Sequence record: NC_070882.1
Length of the DNA stretch: 64,000 nt
Direction: 5' to 3' (one strand)
The translations under genes were made by a program, and so were the position numbers. The notes below the pieces were generated by a model. The model was not told where the DNA came from. It worked only from the letters and a program-made list of their open reading frames with translations, and searched no databases. Positions 12,404 to 22,300 of the stretch are shown in pieces (within the stretch, counting starts at the first letter, position 1; the number at the start of each line of letters is the position of its first letter).

Positions 12404-12985
12404 ATGAAAGGTCTGGACTGGGCTCTCAGCGTAGAGAGTCAAGATGGTGTCGCCCAACAGGTAGACGCTAGTAACGTTGAATCCGAAACCGAGGTTAAAG
12501 ATCTCGATCAAGGTAATCTGGATGTGGATAATGCTAACGCTGAATCCCAACCGGATGATGTTAAGGCTAGTACCACTGTAGACATCTCTGTTGAACAACT
12601 GGAAGATGGTCAGGTGTCTGGTAGTTCTGGTGGTAAGACGATCGATGCTTACGGTGTTGATGAACTGTCCGGCGCACCGAAGCGTATTGTAATCTCTGGT
12701 TTTGATGCTTCTACTAACAAAGCTGCTGAACCCGGTGATAACAAACTGGAACTGGTTATTCTACTTCAAAATGGAGTAATCCCAGAAGTTGGTATTAATG
12801 GGGTAACCGTAGAAGATCTACTGACAGCTTCGATCATTGTATTCGAAGGTTTCCAATCGGGTAAGTTTGCCTGTGAAGAAAATGCCAAAGCATTGTTCCA
12901 CATGAACGCTGCACGTGAACTGATTCGCGCTCGACTGGAGCGTCGTCAAGCACAAGGCACTGAAGGTACCTACGAAGGTAACTAA
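12404..12985 (+). CDS. tad1: Tad1-family immune-signal sponge with acidic N-terminal extension
   Basis: C-terminal LQNG...GVTVEDLL...FQSGKFACEENAKALFHM...RLERR...EGT aligns with the Tad1 pattern FQKG...GV..SDLL...FQAGPFSSRENACALTHV...R...R...GT. Confidence 0.75.
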   Translation: MKGLDWALSVESQDGVAQQVDASNVESETEVKDLDQGNLDVDNANAESQPDDVKASTTVDISVEQLEDGQVSGSSGGKTIDAYGVDELSGAPKRIVISGFDASTNKAAEPGDNKLELVILLQNGVIPEVGINGVTVEDLLTASIIVFEGFQSGKFACEENAKALFHMNAARELIRARLERRQAQGTEGTYEGN

Positions 12986-12992
12986 TATAAAT

Positions 12993-13016
12993 GCCTCCCT
13001 TCGGGGAGGCTTTATG
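12993..13016 (+). terminator. Hairpin terminator-like element
   Basis: GCCTCCC-TTCG-GGGAGGC-TTTATG. Confidence 0.75.
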
Positions 13017-13023
13017 TTCCATT

Positions 13024-13048
13024 AAAAAATATTTCAAATCTATATCAC
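13024..13048 (+). promoter_or_regulatory. Candidate phage early promoter
   Basis: AAAAAATATTTCAAATCTATATCAC; resembles the phiKZ early TATATTAC motif and aligns with four other copies in the window. Confidence 0.6.
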
Positions 13049-13156
13049 AGGTATGCACTAGAGATTAACATCTTGAGGGCATTACCATGTAACAGCTAAC
13101 ACAATATCCATTCGCGAGAATGACAAGTTAATTCCTTTAATTGAAGGTAGTAAAAA

Positions 13157-13651
13157 ATGAAAGAACAAAACATCGACCACAATAAACCTTATACTTACGT
13201 GGTCAGTGATTCCGAAGGCAACATGCGTGTACTGACTACTCTCGGTGACGAGCTACAAGTGCAGATCGACTATGCCGTGGGCACGGGAGGCAAAGCCAAA
13301 GTAGAACACATTGAAGAAGGTATTCGTGGCCTGTGCCATTCGTCTACCTCCACTCGTCTGCTCCGTGCAACTGTTCCAGGTTTCTACAAGATGCTTGAAG
13401 GCATCATGGGTAAGATCGGTCGTGCAATGGCCGAACCCGAGAACTGGACAACTGGTAACAATGGTCGTCTGGCCTTCCATATCGAGACTCTGTTCGGAGC
13501 CGATAAGAAGTTCTGGCCGTTGATCACCCAGAGCGTTTACGAACGTCTGCAATATGACGGTTACGTCAGCGTGGATGTACAGGTAGCGGAAGACGAAGAA
13601 CAACCTATCAAGTTGGTCACTCGCTTTGGTATTCCTGCTCGCATGGTCTAA
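13157..13651 (+). CDS. Hypothetical protein
   Basis: 164 aa, GAAGGT RBS, phage-like codon usage. Confidence 0.7.
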   Translation: MKEQNIDHNKPYTYVVSDSEGNMRVLTTLGDELQVQIDYAVGTGGKAKVEHIEEGIRGLCHSSTSTRLLRATVPGFYKMLEGIMGKIGRAMAEPENWTTGNNGRLAFHIETLFGADKKFWPLITQSVYERLQYDGYVSVDVQVAEDEEQPIKLVTRFGIPARMV

Positions 13652-13660
13652 GGAATCGTT

Positions 13661-13861
13661 ATGGCTCTCTCTGATTGCTCCTGTTGTTGGGAAACTCCAT
13701 GTCATGCTGGTGGAGCGAAGTTCGATGAGTCGGATATGCGCATGATGCCACTACCGCGACTTGGAGAGCTGGTTGCAATGTCCAGGCGTATCTTCGATGA
13801 GCGTAATACAATGGCTTCTCTTACAGCCTCTCATGATCGTAAGGAACTTACGGTAGAGTAG
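13661..13861 (+). CDS. Small Cys-rich hypothetical protein
   Basis: 66 aa, AAGGA RBS, N-terminal CSCCWETPCH. Confidence 0.55.
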   Translation: MALSDCSCCWETPCHAGGAKFDESDMRMMPLPRLGELVAMSRRIFDERNTMASLTASHDRKELTVE

Positions 13862-13920
13862 GTTGTATTTGAACCATCCCTCAAAATAAACACATCAAAC
13901 TTTCACAAGGAAATACTCAC

Positions 13921-14340
13921 ATGTCTAAAGATCTGAAGAGCTTTGCATTCATCGAAGAACACAAACTTCGCGAGAAGGTTATTCTTGGTGAAGCCAATAC
14001 TTTCGACATCCCGAACGACCTCTATGAATCGGTAGTTCTGGGTGGAGCTGGTATCAGCCTTGAGCAACTGAAGAAGAAAGAACGACTGGAAGGTGAACTC
14101 CTGGCAGGCGTTACTCTTGTTGCTGGTGAACAAGCTGCAACTCGCATGAAAGAAAATCCGGATCTTTCTGAGATCGGCTTTAACTACAACATGGGTACCA
14201 CTAACTCTCAGGTTGCTGGTATCTTCAATCGCGATGGTAAGGACCACAGTGTTGTTACTGTATCGACCAAGACCAACTCCGCTGAAATGAAGCGTGTCTG
14301 TGCACACATCAATCAGCTATTCGAAGAAGTAAATACCTGA
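13921..14340 (+). CDS. Hypothetical protein
   Basis: 139 aa, AAGGA RBS, followed by the hairpin GGGGCTC-TACG-GAGCCCC (14347-14364). Confidence 0.75.
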   Translation: MSKDLKSFAFIEEHKLREKVILGEANTFDIPNDLYESVVLGGAGISLEQLKKKERLEGELLAGVTLVAGEQAATRMKENPDLSEIGFNYNMGTTNSQVAGIFNRDGKDHSVVTVSTKTNSAEMKRVCAHINQLFEEVNT

Positions 14341-14404
14341 TCAAATGGGGCTCTACGGAGCCCCTTTCCATCTGATTAATTTTTATGTAAATACAGGAAA
14401 CAAA

Positions 14405-15463
14405 ATGACCAAATCTGCTAGCCGCAATTTCATCGTATTGGAAGGCCCCGAGTTCTCCGGTAAATCCACTCTGCACCGTGCACTGATCGTACGACTTGAA
14501 GCCGAAGGTATCGCGCACGTAGCTCTCCGTGAGCCTGGTGGTACTGAAATGGCTGAAGAGATTCGATCGGTTCTACTGAAACATCGTGAAGAAAAAGTTG
14601 ATCCAGTTTCAGATATTTTCCTGCACATGGCATATCGCCGGCAGAACATTCAGAATATCGTCAAACCGGCACTGAGTGACGGTAAGTGGGTTGTATCTGA
14701 TCGCTTTGTTTTCTCTACTTGGTGCCTGAACGTAGCTCCTTACCTCGATACCAATCCCAATCTGGCAGATCTGTTCATGGGTGTAATGCCGCACGTTATT
14801 GGTGATGGTGTTCCTGAGCCGCTGTGCTTCTATCTGGAAACTCCTGAAGAAGTTCGGAAAGAACGGATGGTAAATAGCGGTCGTGATCTGGATCGTTACG
14901 AAGTTGACGAAGTTTACCAAACTCGTGTTAACAACGCATATGCCCAGATTAAGTTTAGTCCTTCGACTAAAGTAATTGACGGCACTGCTCCCATTGATGA
15001 ACAAGTTCAGTTCATCATTGAAACTATTCAAGCCCACGAAGCTCTGCGAGCTAAAGATGAGCTTGAAGAGAAAACCGAGAACAGCGGTCATCTTCCTCCG
15101 GAAACTGTACCTGGTGAAGAGAACGATGGCGATGTACCGCAGTCTCCTGTTGAAGAAGCACCTGTTGAACCAGTTGCCTTTGATCTGGAAGTGGCACTGG
15201 AGCAATACGCTGAAACCCAAATCATCAAAGAGGTGATCTTGGGTCGTGAAGAACTCCTGCCGTATTACAAAGATCTGGCCAAGAAGATCGTACGTAAAAT
15301 CTTTGAAAAGACCAATGACGAGACTATCTTCCATCCGGCACGTGTTGGTGAGTTGAACCGTGAAATCCACTCGCTGTTCCACTTCCATGAACGTCTGCAA
15401 GACTGGAAAGATCTGATCAACAAAGACGAGCCGGTTGAACCTGAAACCGCTGTAGCAGAATAA
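14405..15463 (+). CDS. tmk: Thymidylate kinase with C-terminal extension
   Basis: FIVLEGPEFSGKST P-loop, LREPGGT, VVSDRF motifs; ATG 14405 after AGGA; about 140 extra C-terminal residues. Confidence 0.9.
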   Translation: MTKSASRNFIVLEGPEFSGKSTLHRALIVRLEAEGIAHVALREPGGTEMAEEIRSVLLKHREEKVDPVSDIFLHMAYRRQNIQNIVKPALSDGKWVVSDRFVFSTWCLNVAPYLDTNPNLADLFMGVMPHVIGDGVPEPLCFYLETPEEVRKERMVNSGRDLDRYEVDEVYQTRVNNAYAQIKFSPSTKVIDGTAPIDEQVQFIIETIQAHEALRAKDELEEKTENSGHLPPETVPGEENDGDVPQSPVEEAPVEPVAFDLEVALEQYAETQIIKEVILGREELLPYYKDLAKKIVRKIFEKTNDETIFHPARVGELNREIHSLFHFHERLQDWKDLINKDEPVEPETAVAE

Positions 15464-15470
15464 AGGAAAC

Positions 15471-15704
15471 ATGATGTCTGAGACTCTCTCTGTGAAACGT
15501 TACATCCAAGCATCGGAAATCGACGATACTCTGTCCGACTATATCGGTCGTACATTCATCGTTAAACGCAACGGTATTACTACCGCTGTCACGTTGGATA
15601 AAGTTAAAACCAACAAGATCTATCTGAAACGCATGGGTGACCGTCAAGATGGTTTCTCCCTACCTCGTGCTGAGTTCGGTAAATATTACCAACTCGCTCC
15701 TTAA
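15471..15704 (+). CDS. Small hypothetical protein
   Basis: 77 aa, AAGGA RBS, followed by a hairpin at 15718-15737. Confidence 0.65.
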   Translation: MMSETLSVKRYIQASEIDDTLSDYIGRTFIVKRNGITTAVTLDKVKTNKIYLKRMGDRQDGFSLPRAEFGKYYQLAP

Positions 15705-15763
15705 GTTGTAAACACGGGAGGCTCCTTCGGGGGCCTCTTTATGTTACCAAGAGGAAACTTCAA

Positions 15764-16483
15764 ATGCGCTTTACCAAGGTTATCATCCTTTTTCTAATGT
15801 CTTTTGTCGGCACTGTGTTTGGCCAAGAAATAAAAGATCCACTGATATATGCACAAACACCTTTGTTCTTTTCTACCTTTACTCCAAAGGTTGCTCCCTG
15901 TTTCTTTAATAACGAGTCACGACATGGTGTATGCGGATGGAAAACATGGCCAGATGAAATCACAGTAGCTGTTACACGTCGTTCTAAACCTACTGAGATT
16001 TACAGCTATGTAACTAACGGCAATGTAGAAGTAGTATGTATTAATGAATATTGCCATGATGCATATGGACAACTCGTAGGTGTTGTACGCGGTCATATCG
16101 GTACCACCTATTGGGAACTTCCACGTGGTTATTATTTGACCATGGTTAATAACTCATTTACTGCTATTAAGTTTGGAAATGGGTCATTGAAACATGAGTT
16201 CCCTATTCGTGATCTCTTACCTTCCAAATACAACGATAAGAAAGCTGATGGTGAAACACTAGATCTACGTTTTACTGAAGCACTTTACAATGTGTATTGT
16301 AATGTAGAGATGGAGCGTTGTAACTATCTTGGGAAAGAGTGGACTCTACTAGAGCTGGCTCAATTGGTTCCCTTTGTTAAGACTGCAACATGTGACGAGT
16401 ATCTTTGTTACATCGATAACCGTAAATCTCAAGTAGCTGGTATCAACCCCGCGCGACGTGATATTTACGATGGCATCAAATAA
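15764..16483 (+). CDS. Exported Cys-rich hypothetical protein
   Basis: N-terminal signal-peptide-like MRFTKVIILFLMSFVGTVFG; several Cys; GAGGA RBS; hairpin at 16494-16513 follows. Confidence 0.7.
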   Translation: MRFTKVIILFLMSFVGTVFGQEIKDPLIYAQTPLFFSTFTPKVAPCFFNNESRHGVCGWKTWPDEITVAVTRRSKPTEIYSYVTNGNVEVVCINEYCHDAYGQLVGVVRGHIGTTYWELPRGYYLTMVNNSFTAIKFGNGSLKHEFPIRDLLPSKYNDKKADGETLDLRFTEALYNVYCNVEMERCNYLGKEWTLLELAQLVPFVKTATCDEYLCYIDNRKSQVAGINPARRDIYDGIK

Positions 16484-16572
16484 CAATATAAATGGAGTCC
16501 CCAAGGGGACTCCAATACCTTCTTTCTTTTTTTTTGCTCTCAATCCTATAATCCAGCATTCGAGATACGATC

Positions 16573-17055
16573 ATGGTTAAAGTAGTAGTCATCAAGGGTA
16601 GTCCCAAATTTGGGAAAATTGAACTATCTGAAAAGTATTACGCTGAGGTTACTTCTTTCCTGAAGGATCTCGGTTGTGAAGTTATTGTCCGCGATGTTAG
16701 TGAAATGTACGCATGGGAAGCTGATGCTAAACTATACGTAGCACACGGTCGCGCTTGTAGATTAGCAGCTGAACATAATGCTACTGCATCCGATGTACCA
16801 TTCTTAGAATTCGGTAGCTTAAATGGAATTATCCATCCGATTGATAAAGCTTGGCAAGAGGGTTCTCGTCAAGGTCTTCCACCAGATGAACATTTTGAAT
16901 TTATTCCAGAACAGAAGGAAGTGCTCGGTCGTTTGGTACATGACTTAATGGCACCTACTCCAACTATTTCTGGTATACAAACATTGCGTAATCTGGAAGT
17001 ACGTCGACAAGGGAGACGTCAGAATATCTCTGGTTTTAATGTTCGTCGCAGTTAA
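16573..17055 (+). CDS. Hypothetical protein
   Basis: 160 aa ORF filling the space between intergenic elements. Confidence 0.65.
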   Translation: MVKVVVIKGSPKFGKIELSEKYYAEVTSFLKDLGCEVIVRDVSEMYAWEADAKLYVAHGRACRLAAEHNATASDVPFLEFGSLNGIIHPIDKAWQEGSRQGLPPDEHFEFIPEQKEVLGRLVHDLMAPTPTISGIQTLRNLEVRRQGRRQNISGFNVRRS

Positions 17056-17122
17056 ATACTTAAGTTGTAACCATATGTAGCAAAGACTACAAAGCCTCAT
17101 ACCCACCGCCCGGAACATCACC

Positions 17123-17485
17123 ATGGAAATATTCTCCCTTATCGAACTTCTCTTCGTATTACTCGTCGGTCATGCTGTTTGCGATTACGCGCTACAGAAT
17201 GATTTTATGGCCGCTGCAAAGAACCATACTACTGAACTAGGTAAGACCTATTGGCCCTACGTTCTTCCAGCACATGGTCTTATCCATGGAGGTTGGGTAT
17301 ACGTAGTAACGGGTAGTTTTGTTCTAGGGGCGGCTGAAACAATTATCCATTGCATCACAGATTATCTGAAATGTGATGGTAAAATTGGATTCCATACTGA
17401 CCAATGGATTCATATTGGGTGTAAGGTACTTTGGGTAATTCTACTAGCATATCAGTTTGACTTCCTGCAACAACTCCCTGTATAA
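17123..17485 (+). CDS. DUF3307-like His-rich membrane protein
   Basis: GHAVCDYALQ, HGLIHG, HCITDYLKC and DQWIH motifs with hydrophobic helices. Confidence 0.7.
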   Translation: MEIFSLIELLFVLLVGHAVCDYALQNDFMAAAKNHTTELGKTYWPYVLPAHGLIHGGWVYVVTGSFVLGAAETIIHCITDYLKCDGKIGFHTDQWIHIGCKVLWVILLAYQFDFLQQLPV

Positions 17486-17590
17486 ACGCATAGCTCGCCT
17501 TAGGGCGGGCTTTATGCCTTATCTGATGAAAGTATAAGGATATATATTTTCGTGTTGTGGAAGAGACCGTGGCCCCTATAGGAGGGGAAG

Positions 17591-18079
17591 ATGGTTATTA
17601 GTCAGAATACTGCTACTGAGATTGACTCTCAAGTTGCCAAAGGTTTATCTATTGGGTATTTCGGTAAAGGAGATGATCTATCTCAGATCCCTCGTATGAT
17701 CGGTGACTGGAATATCAGAACAGTAGAGGAACAGAGGTCACCCGGAACAGGGTATATTGTGGCGGTTCCATCGAATACACGCACTCGACTTATTTATGCT
17801 GCTGGTCGAATAGCGTGGTTAGTAGCTTTAGGTTACTCTGAGCAAACAGCTCATGTTTATCTTAAAGCTAGTTCTACCGTTGCAAAACGTTGGGATCATG
17901 AGGTGGCACAGTTTGTACTAACTAACTACGGAATTGATACATTTATTCTAGAGCAAGCTTTATCCGATGATAATCCAAAGAAATATCTAGAGGCACAAGG
18001 ATATTATTCCAGGGTATCTCGTGGTAAGATAATTGCTAGTTGTCAGATTCTTCGTAATATCCGTGGTCTATCAAAATAA
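17591..18079 (+). CDS. Hypothetical protein
   Basis: 162 aa, AGGAGG RBS, flanked by hairpins at 17493-17510 and 18082-18097. Confidence 0.7.
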   Translation: MVISQNTATEIDSQVAKGLSIGYFGKGDDLSQIPRMIGDWNIRTVEEQRSPGTGYIVAVPSNTRTRLIYAAGRIAWLVALGYSEQTAHVYLKASSTVAKRWDHEVAQFVLTNYGIDTFILEQALSDDNPKKYLEAQGYYSRVSRGKIIASCQILRNIRGLSK

Positions 18080-18155
18080 CTGGAGCCTTCGGGCTCCTTT
18101 TATTTCGTGTAGTCCCTTATTCTTATGACTTCCTTATCGTAAAGGTTCACTCCCT

Positions 18156-18587
18156 ATGAGATTCTTTTGTGACGCTGAATTTGATGTACCAACTGATAGT
18201 TTAATTTCTCTTGCTATTGTTTCCGAAGATGGTAACAGAGAGTTCTATGAAGTACTCGAACATAAGCATATTCAAGACGACTGGGTAAAGGCTAACGTCA
18301 TTCCTATTCTTCAGAAAGATCCTATTCCGTTTGAAGAATTCCAGATCCGCCTTGAGAAATTTGTATCACAATTTGCTGGCATGAATATAATCGTTAACCA
18401 CCCCAACGATGTTATTTATTTTAACAAAGCCCTATTAGGGGAGAAGGGGAAGTGGATTATGATTCAACCATTGACTTTTGATATCGATGATCGTCTCAGT
18501 GGTAAAGGATCTAAACTTTTGCATAATGCGCTATTCGATGCCAGGGCGACACGCGAGGACTGGTTTAAAAAGAATGGCTATACATGA
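18156..18587 (+). CDS. DEDDh 3'-5' exonuclease/exoribonuclease (Rv2179c-like)
   Basis: FCDAEF...LISLAIVSEDGNREFYEV...HNALFDAR pattern. Confidence 0.7.
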   Translation: MRFFCDAEFDVPTDSLISLAIVSEDGNREFYEVLEHKHIQDDWVKANVIPILQKDPIPFEEFQIRLEKFVSQFAGMNIIVNHPNDVIYFNKALLGEKGKWIMIQPLTFDIDDRLSGKGSKLLHNALFDARATREDWFKKNGYT

Positions 18588-18608
18588 AACCATTTTGGAT
18601 AAATAGAA

Positions 18609-19280
18609 ATGACAACCGTACTTGAACAGATGACAGGTAAACCCGGTCGTAAATGCCGAGGCGAATCTCTTTTACGTCTTCTGATCTCCACGAGTTATCC
18701 ACAGACAATTCTGTCGGATCTAACATTTGCTTTTACTAAGCACTCTGGAACAGATGACGAAGAGTCGCTTGAAAAACTTGCAGTACTAATGCGAAATATC
18801 GAAAAAGAATTTGATATGTTCGACTTCATCCGCTGTATTGAAATTAGACGAGATGGCGATGTCATTAACATCATTGTTAAACGTCTTGATTTCGATCCAA
18901 CAATGCGGGCACTGAATGACAGTGTTGATACGCATGAACACATGGCAAGCTCCTGTGTGACTCTATCTAATGCAGATGATCGCATCGAAGATGTTGAACA
19001 ACTAGCAGTTAAACTCCTAGAAGTTTTCTACCGTTCTCAAGTTAAGGTTAAACGCGGTACTGAGATTGCAACAACTACATGGAAATGTCGTTATCGTGAA
19101 TCTGACCGTCGTAAATCGAAAGCTGAGCAAACTGCTATCGATACTAACCTTGACTTTGAAGGTGTAGTAGAAACAATCACTGCTTCGCTCTGTAAGCGCC
19201 GTTTCCACCTAGTCCTTACACAGAATGCCTTTCTGCTTCTGGATCAACGTAAGCGCGTCTGGGGCGTTAGCAAGGGCTGA
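18609..19280 (+). CDS. Hypothetical protein
   Basis: 223 aa ORF ending at the convergent hairpin. Confidence 0.65.
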   Translation: MTTVLEQMTGKPGRKCRGESLLRLLISTSYPQTILSDLTFAFTKHSGTDDEESLEKLAVLMRNIEKEFDMFDFIRCIEIRRDGDVINIIVKRLDFDPTMRALNDSVDTHEHMASSCVTLSNADDRIEDVEQLAVKLLEVFYRSQVKVKRGTEIATTTWKCRYRESDRRKSKAEQTAIDTNLDFEGVVETITASLCKRRFHLVLTQNAFLLLDQRKRVWGVSKG

Positions 19281-19288
19281 CAACATAA

Positions 19289-19308
19289 AGCCTCCCCGAA
19301 GGGAGGCT
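19289..19308. terminator. Bidirectional terminator between convergent gene blocks
   Basis: AGCCTCCC-CGAA-GGGAGGCT (TTCG loop on the minus strand), flanked by CATAA/TTATG. Confidence 0.8.
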
Positions 19309-19317
19309 ATTATGCCG

Positions 19318-22300
19318 TTATTGCACAGGTACCGGAGTTCCATTAACTGGAATTCTCCAAGCTTGCGTTGGGTCCTCAAAACTTCTGATTACCCGTGGTG
19401 CACCGTAAATCGTTTTAGGTGTTGTATTCTGCATTAGTACCCAACCGGTACCATTCCAAGAATAAACTTTATTGGAACCCATATCGCAAACAATGTTGCG
19501 TGGAAGTCCAGTATAAACGATGTCTTTGAAATACGATTGCGGTTGCGAGAAGGCCATGTAACCGTATTTCTTAGGACCTTTAAACTTAGCCAATAGTGGA
19601 TCACTGTTCAGGTCAACCGTCATGGACAGAGTTGGATCATATTCGGTCGTTCCCCATTTGGAGATACTGATGTTAAATATATCACCAGTCCTAATAACCT
19701 TAACTCGTTTGAAAGCACCGTTCCAACCTTGATTAGAGTAATCGCCAGTATTAACAGAAATGATATTCTGTCTGGTACCCATACTCAAATCGTAGATGAT
19801 GTTCTGTGCTTCATTACCTCGTCCATTTCCATTCGAGTTACTACGAGACAATGCGAGTGTCAAATGATGGCTTTGATCGCCCTCTTTAACAAACGCCAGA
19901 ACCACACCCAAGAAGTCGTCGTCACCATTGTTAGATTGACATGTAACTTCAAGTGTGTATTGTTCTGGTTCTTCATCTGAAAGGAAACCAGTAATGGAAC
20001 TTGTATTGTCAGGCATTACAGCAGCTTTGATCGTATCGTCCCAATACCAACGACCCGCTGGATGAGGGGTAGTCCCATCGGAAAGGAACGGTGGGATACC
20101 TTGACCTTTAGCAAAATATTCATCAGCATAGAAACGATCCCATGTATCGAAGATTTGCTTAGGTGTCGGTGGAGATAGTCGAGCTAGAGCTGCACTTGTG
20201 TCAGCAGCGGTTTTATAGGCAAATGCTTGCCCTTCGTTACGAGGAAGCTCACCAGCAAAGTAACTAATGATATTTTTGAAGTGATCAGCTACACTCTGCG
20301 TTATCGCAGTAAGGTTGTACACAGGTCGAACAACTTGGATCTCTTCAATAATTCTCCGTGGAACTTGGATATGAGAGATCGAGTAGATTGGCTCAGTGGT
20401 AGTACCACCCGTCTTATATCGCGGCATTAACGGAAGTGTATTCTCGGCACGACCATATTTACCAGCGATCGGAGGTTGATACCGAGTCACAGGAAGAGTT
20501 GCTTCATAAGTGAATGGTTGAGTGATACGTACCTTAATGAGATCCGCGTTGTTAACGTAGATACCATCAACAGGATAGATAGTTTGATGACTTCCGGTTG
20601 CCGGATCGTAAACAGCAGTACCCACTTTAATATCTCTAAATGGATCTACTTTAGTTATGTCTACACGGAATATATCCGCTATCATGGAGCCAACACTTGT
20701 GCCATCCAATTCAACTACGATATCAGCGATATCAGAAATGTCATTGAGTAGTTGTGTAATTTCAACTCCCTTGTTATCTCGGAATATAACGTACTTACCT
20801 GCTCCGATCAAGTAGACAAACGTCATTGGAACGACGTCGCCGTTAGTAAGCTTCAGCAAGAAGTTAACAGTATGTTTTCCAGGGTTGAGGGTCAGTGTTA
20901 CTGGATCCTTCTTTTGGAAAACAACTTCTTTAACGACTACACTCGATTCACTGCCGCCGGCTACGATAAAATCGCCATCGGTTAGATCATTATAAAGGAC
21001 ATGATCCCCATAAGTCGATCGTATAAATCCAACATTCACATTTGATCTGTCAACGGAGCCATTGAAGTATGCGTTGAAGTTTACAGCAAGTTGGTTAGCA
21101 GTAACAAAGAAGCAGTTAGTTGCAGTTGGAACCGGATATGCTTCTTCAATACTGTTAATAGCTGGACCATGATCAGTGAATATGAAAATACCATTACCGG
21201 CTTTCCGATATGTAAGAATATCCTGAACCGCAGTTTTCGTGAACTTACCGTTAACCGATTGATCCGGATCACTTAAAGAACCAACAAATACCAACCCTGC
21301 GTAATTGTTTAATTCCGTTAAGGTTGGATTTAAATGGGTTCCATCATAATCGGTCTGATCCTTCAATGTACATGTAAAACCGCCGGCCCCTGCAACCTTA
21401 GTAATGTATTCATTGAACGCGGTCTTCAGTGCATAGCTACCAGTAGTTGCATCACCTAGGACAAGAATGTTTTTATTACCACTAGCAACTTTTGCAGGGT
21501 TAGCAATAAAGTCTAGACAGTTCTTAAAATAGGTCTGACTAGAGTTTAGGTTTTTACCTGGACCAAGATAACGTTTACGGGTAACAGTCCAACTACCTAT
21601 CCAATCTTGCGGTGTTGTTGGATTAACTACAAGATTATCTGTCATGACATCAAAAGCAACAGTTGTTCCGTTAAGGACCCGTGCATTTCTCAGCTGACCA
21701 CGATACTCTCTTGCAAGGATAGGATCTGCATCGTTCTCGAATGCTACAGTCCAAGTCGATAATCTCTTACCAACAATGGCTTCTAATGGGACTGTACGTG
21801 TTACCCATTTGTTTTTCCATTCTGGCCTGTCTCTGCACATAACTGGATGTGTTGCAGTAGCGGGGTTACCATTGTCTTTGATTACAGGACTGTAGTCCCT
21901 AAATCTAACAGGGTTATTACCAGTTTCATCATAAACGGTACAGTCTAAACCAAAATATGCATCATCGAACACATAGTGGTCATAAACAAGAACATCTCCA
22001 CTTTTAACAATGTAAGTCTTATTGTTAATTACTTCATAGTAGCAAAGGTCTAGACCGTTTGCATCAGGTTGTAGTCTAGCTGAGAAATCTAGAACACCCT
22101 GAGTCATGGAAATGTTTGCTGCCTGTGGATTCATGAACTTCGGAAAACCACCATCGTAAACAACGTTACCGTTACCATCTTGGGTAACGGCAATGAATGG
22201 AGTAGGCGGGCTTAAAGAATCGTAAGCGATATACTCAGAAACGACTGGCGGTAAACCATTAACAGAATACGCGACACCATTAGTAGCGACATTAGAATCA

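Noticed and set aside
12404-12985. Acb2 assignment for the sponge-like gene
   Set aside because: Its motifs match Tad1 (FQ.G.F...EN..AL.H), not the Acb2 pattern (GYR.L...AI(A)QP).
14609-15472. 287-aa minus-strand ORF opposite tmk (similarly 54807-55730, 57561-58352 and 59720-60436)
   Set aside because: Opposite well-identified genes; F/L/V-rich composition typical of antisense frames.
17521-17580. Hammerhead ribozyme suggested by CTGATGA
   Set aside because: No matching GAAA core or stems II/III could be built.
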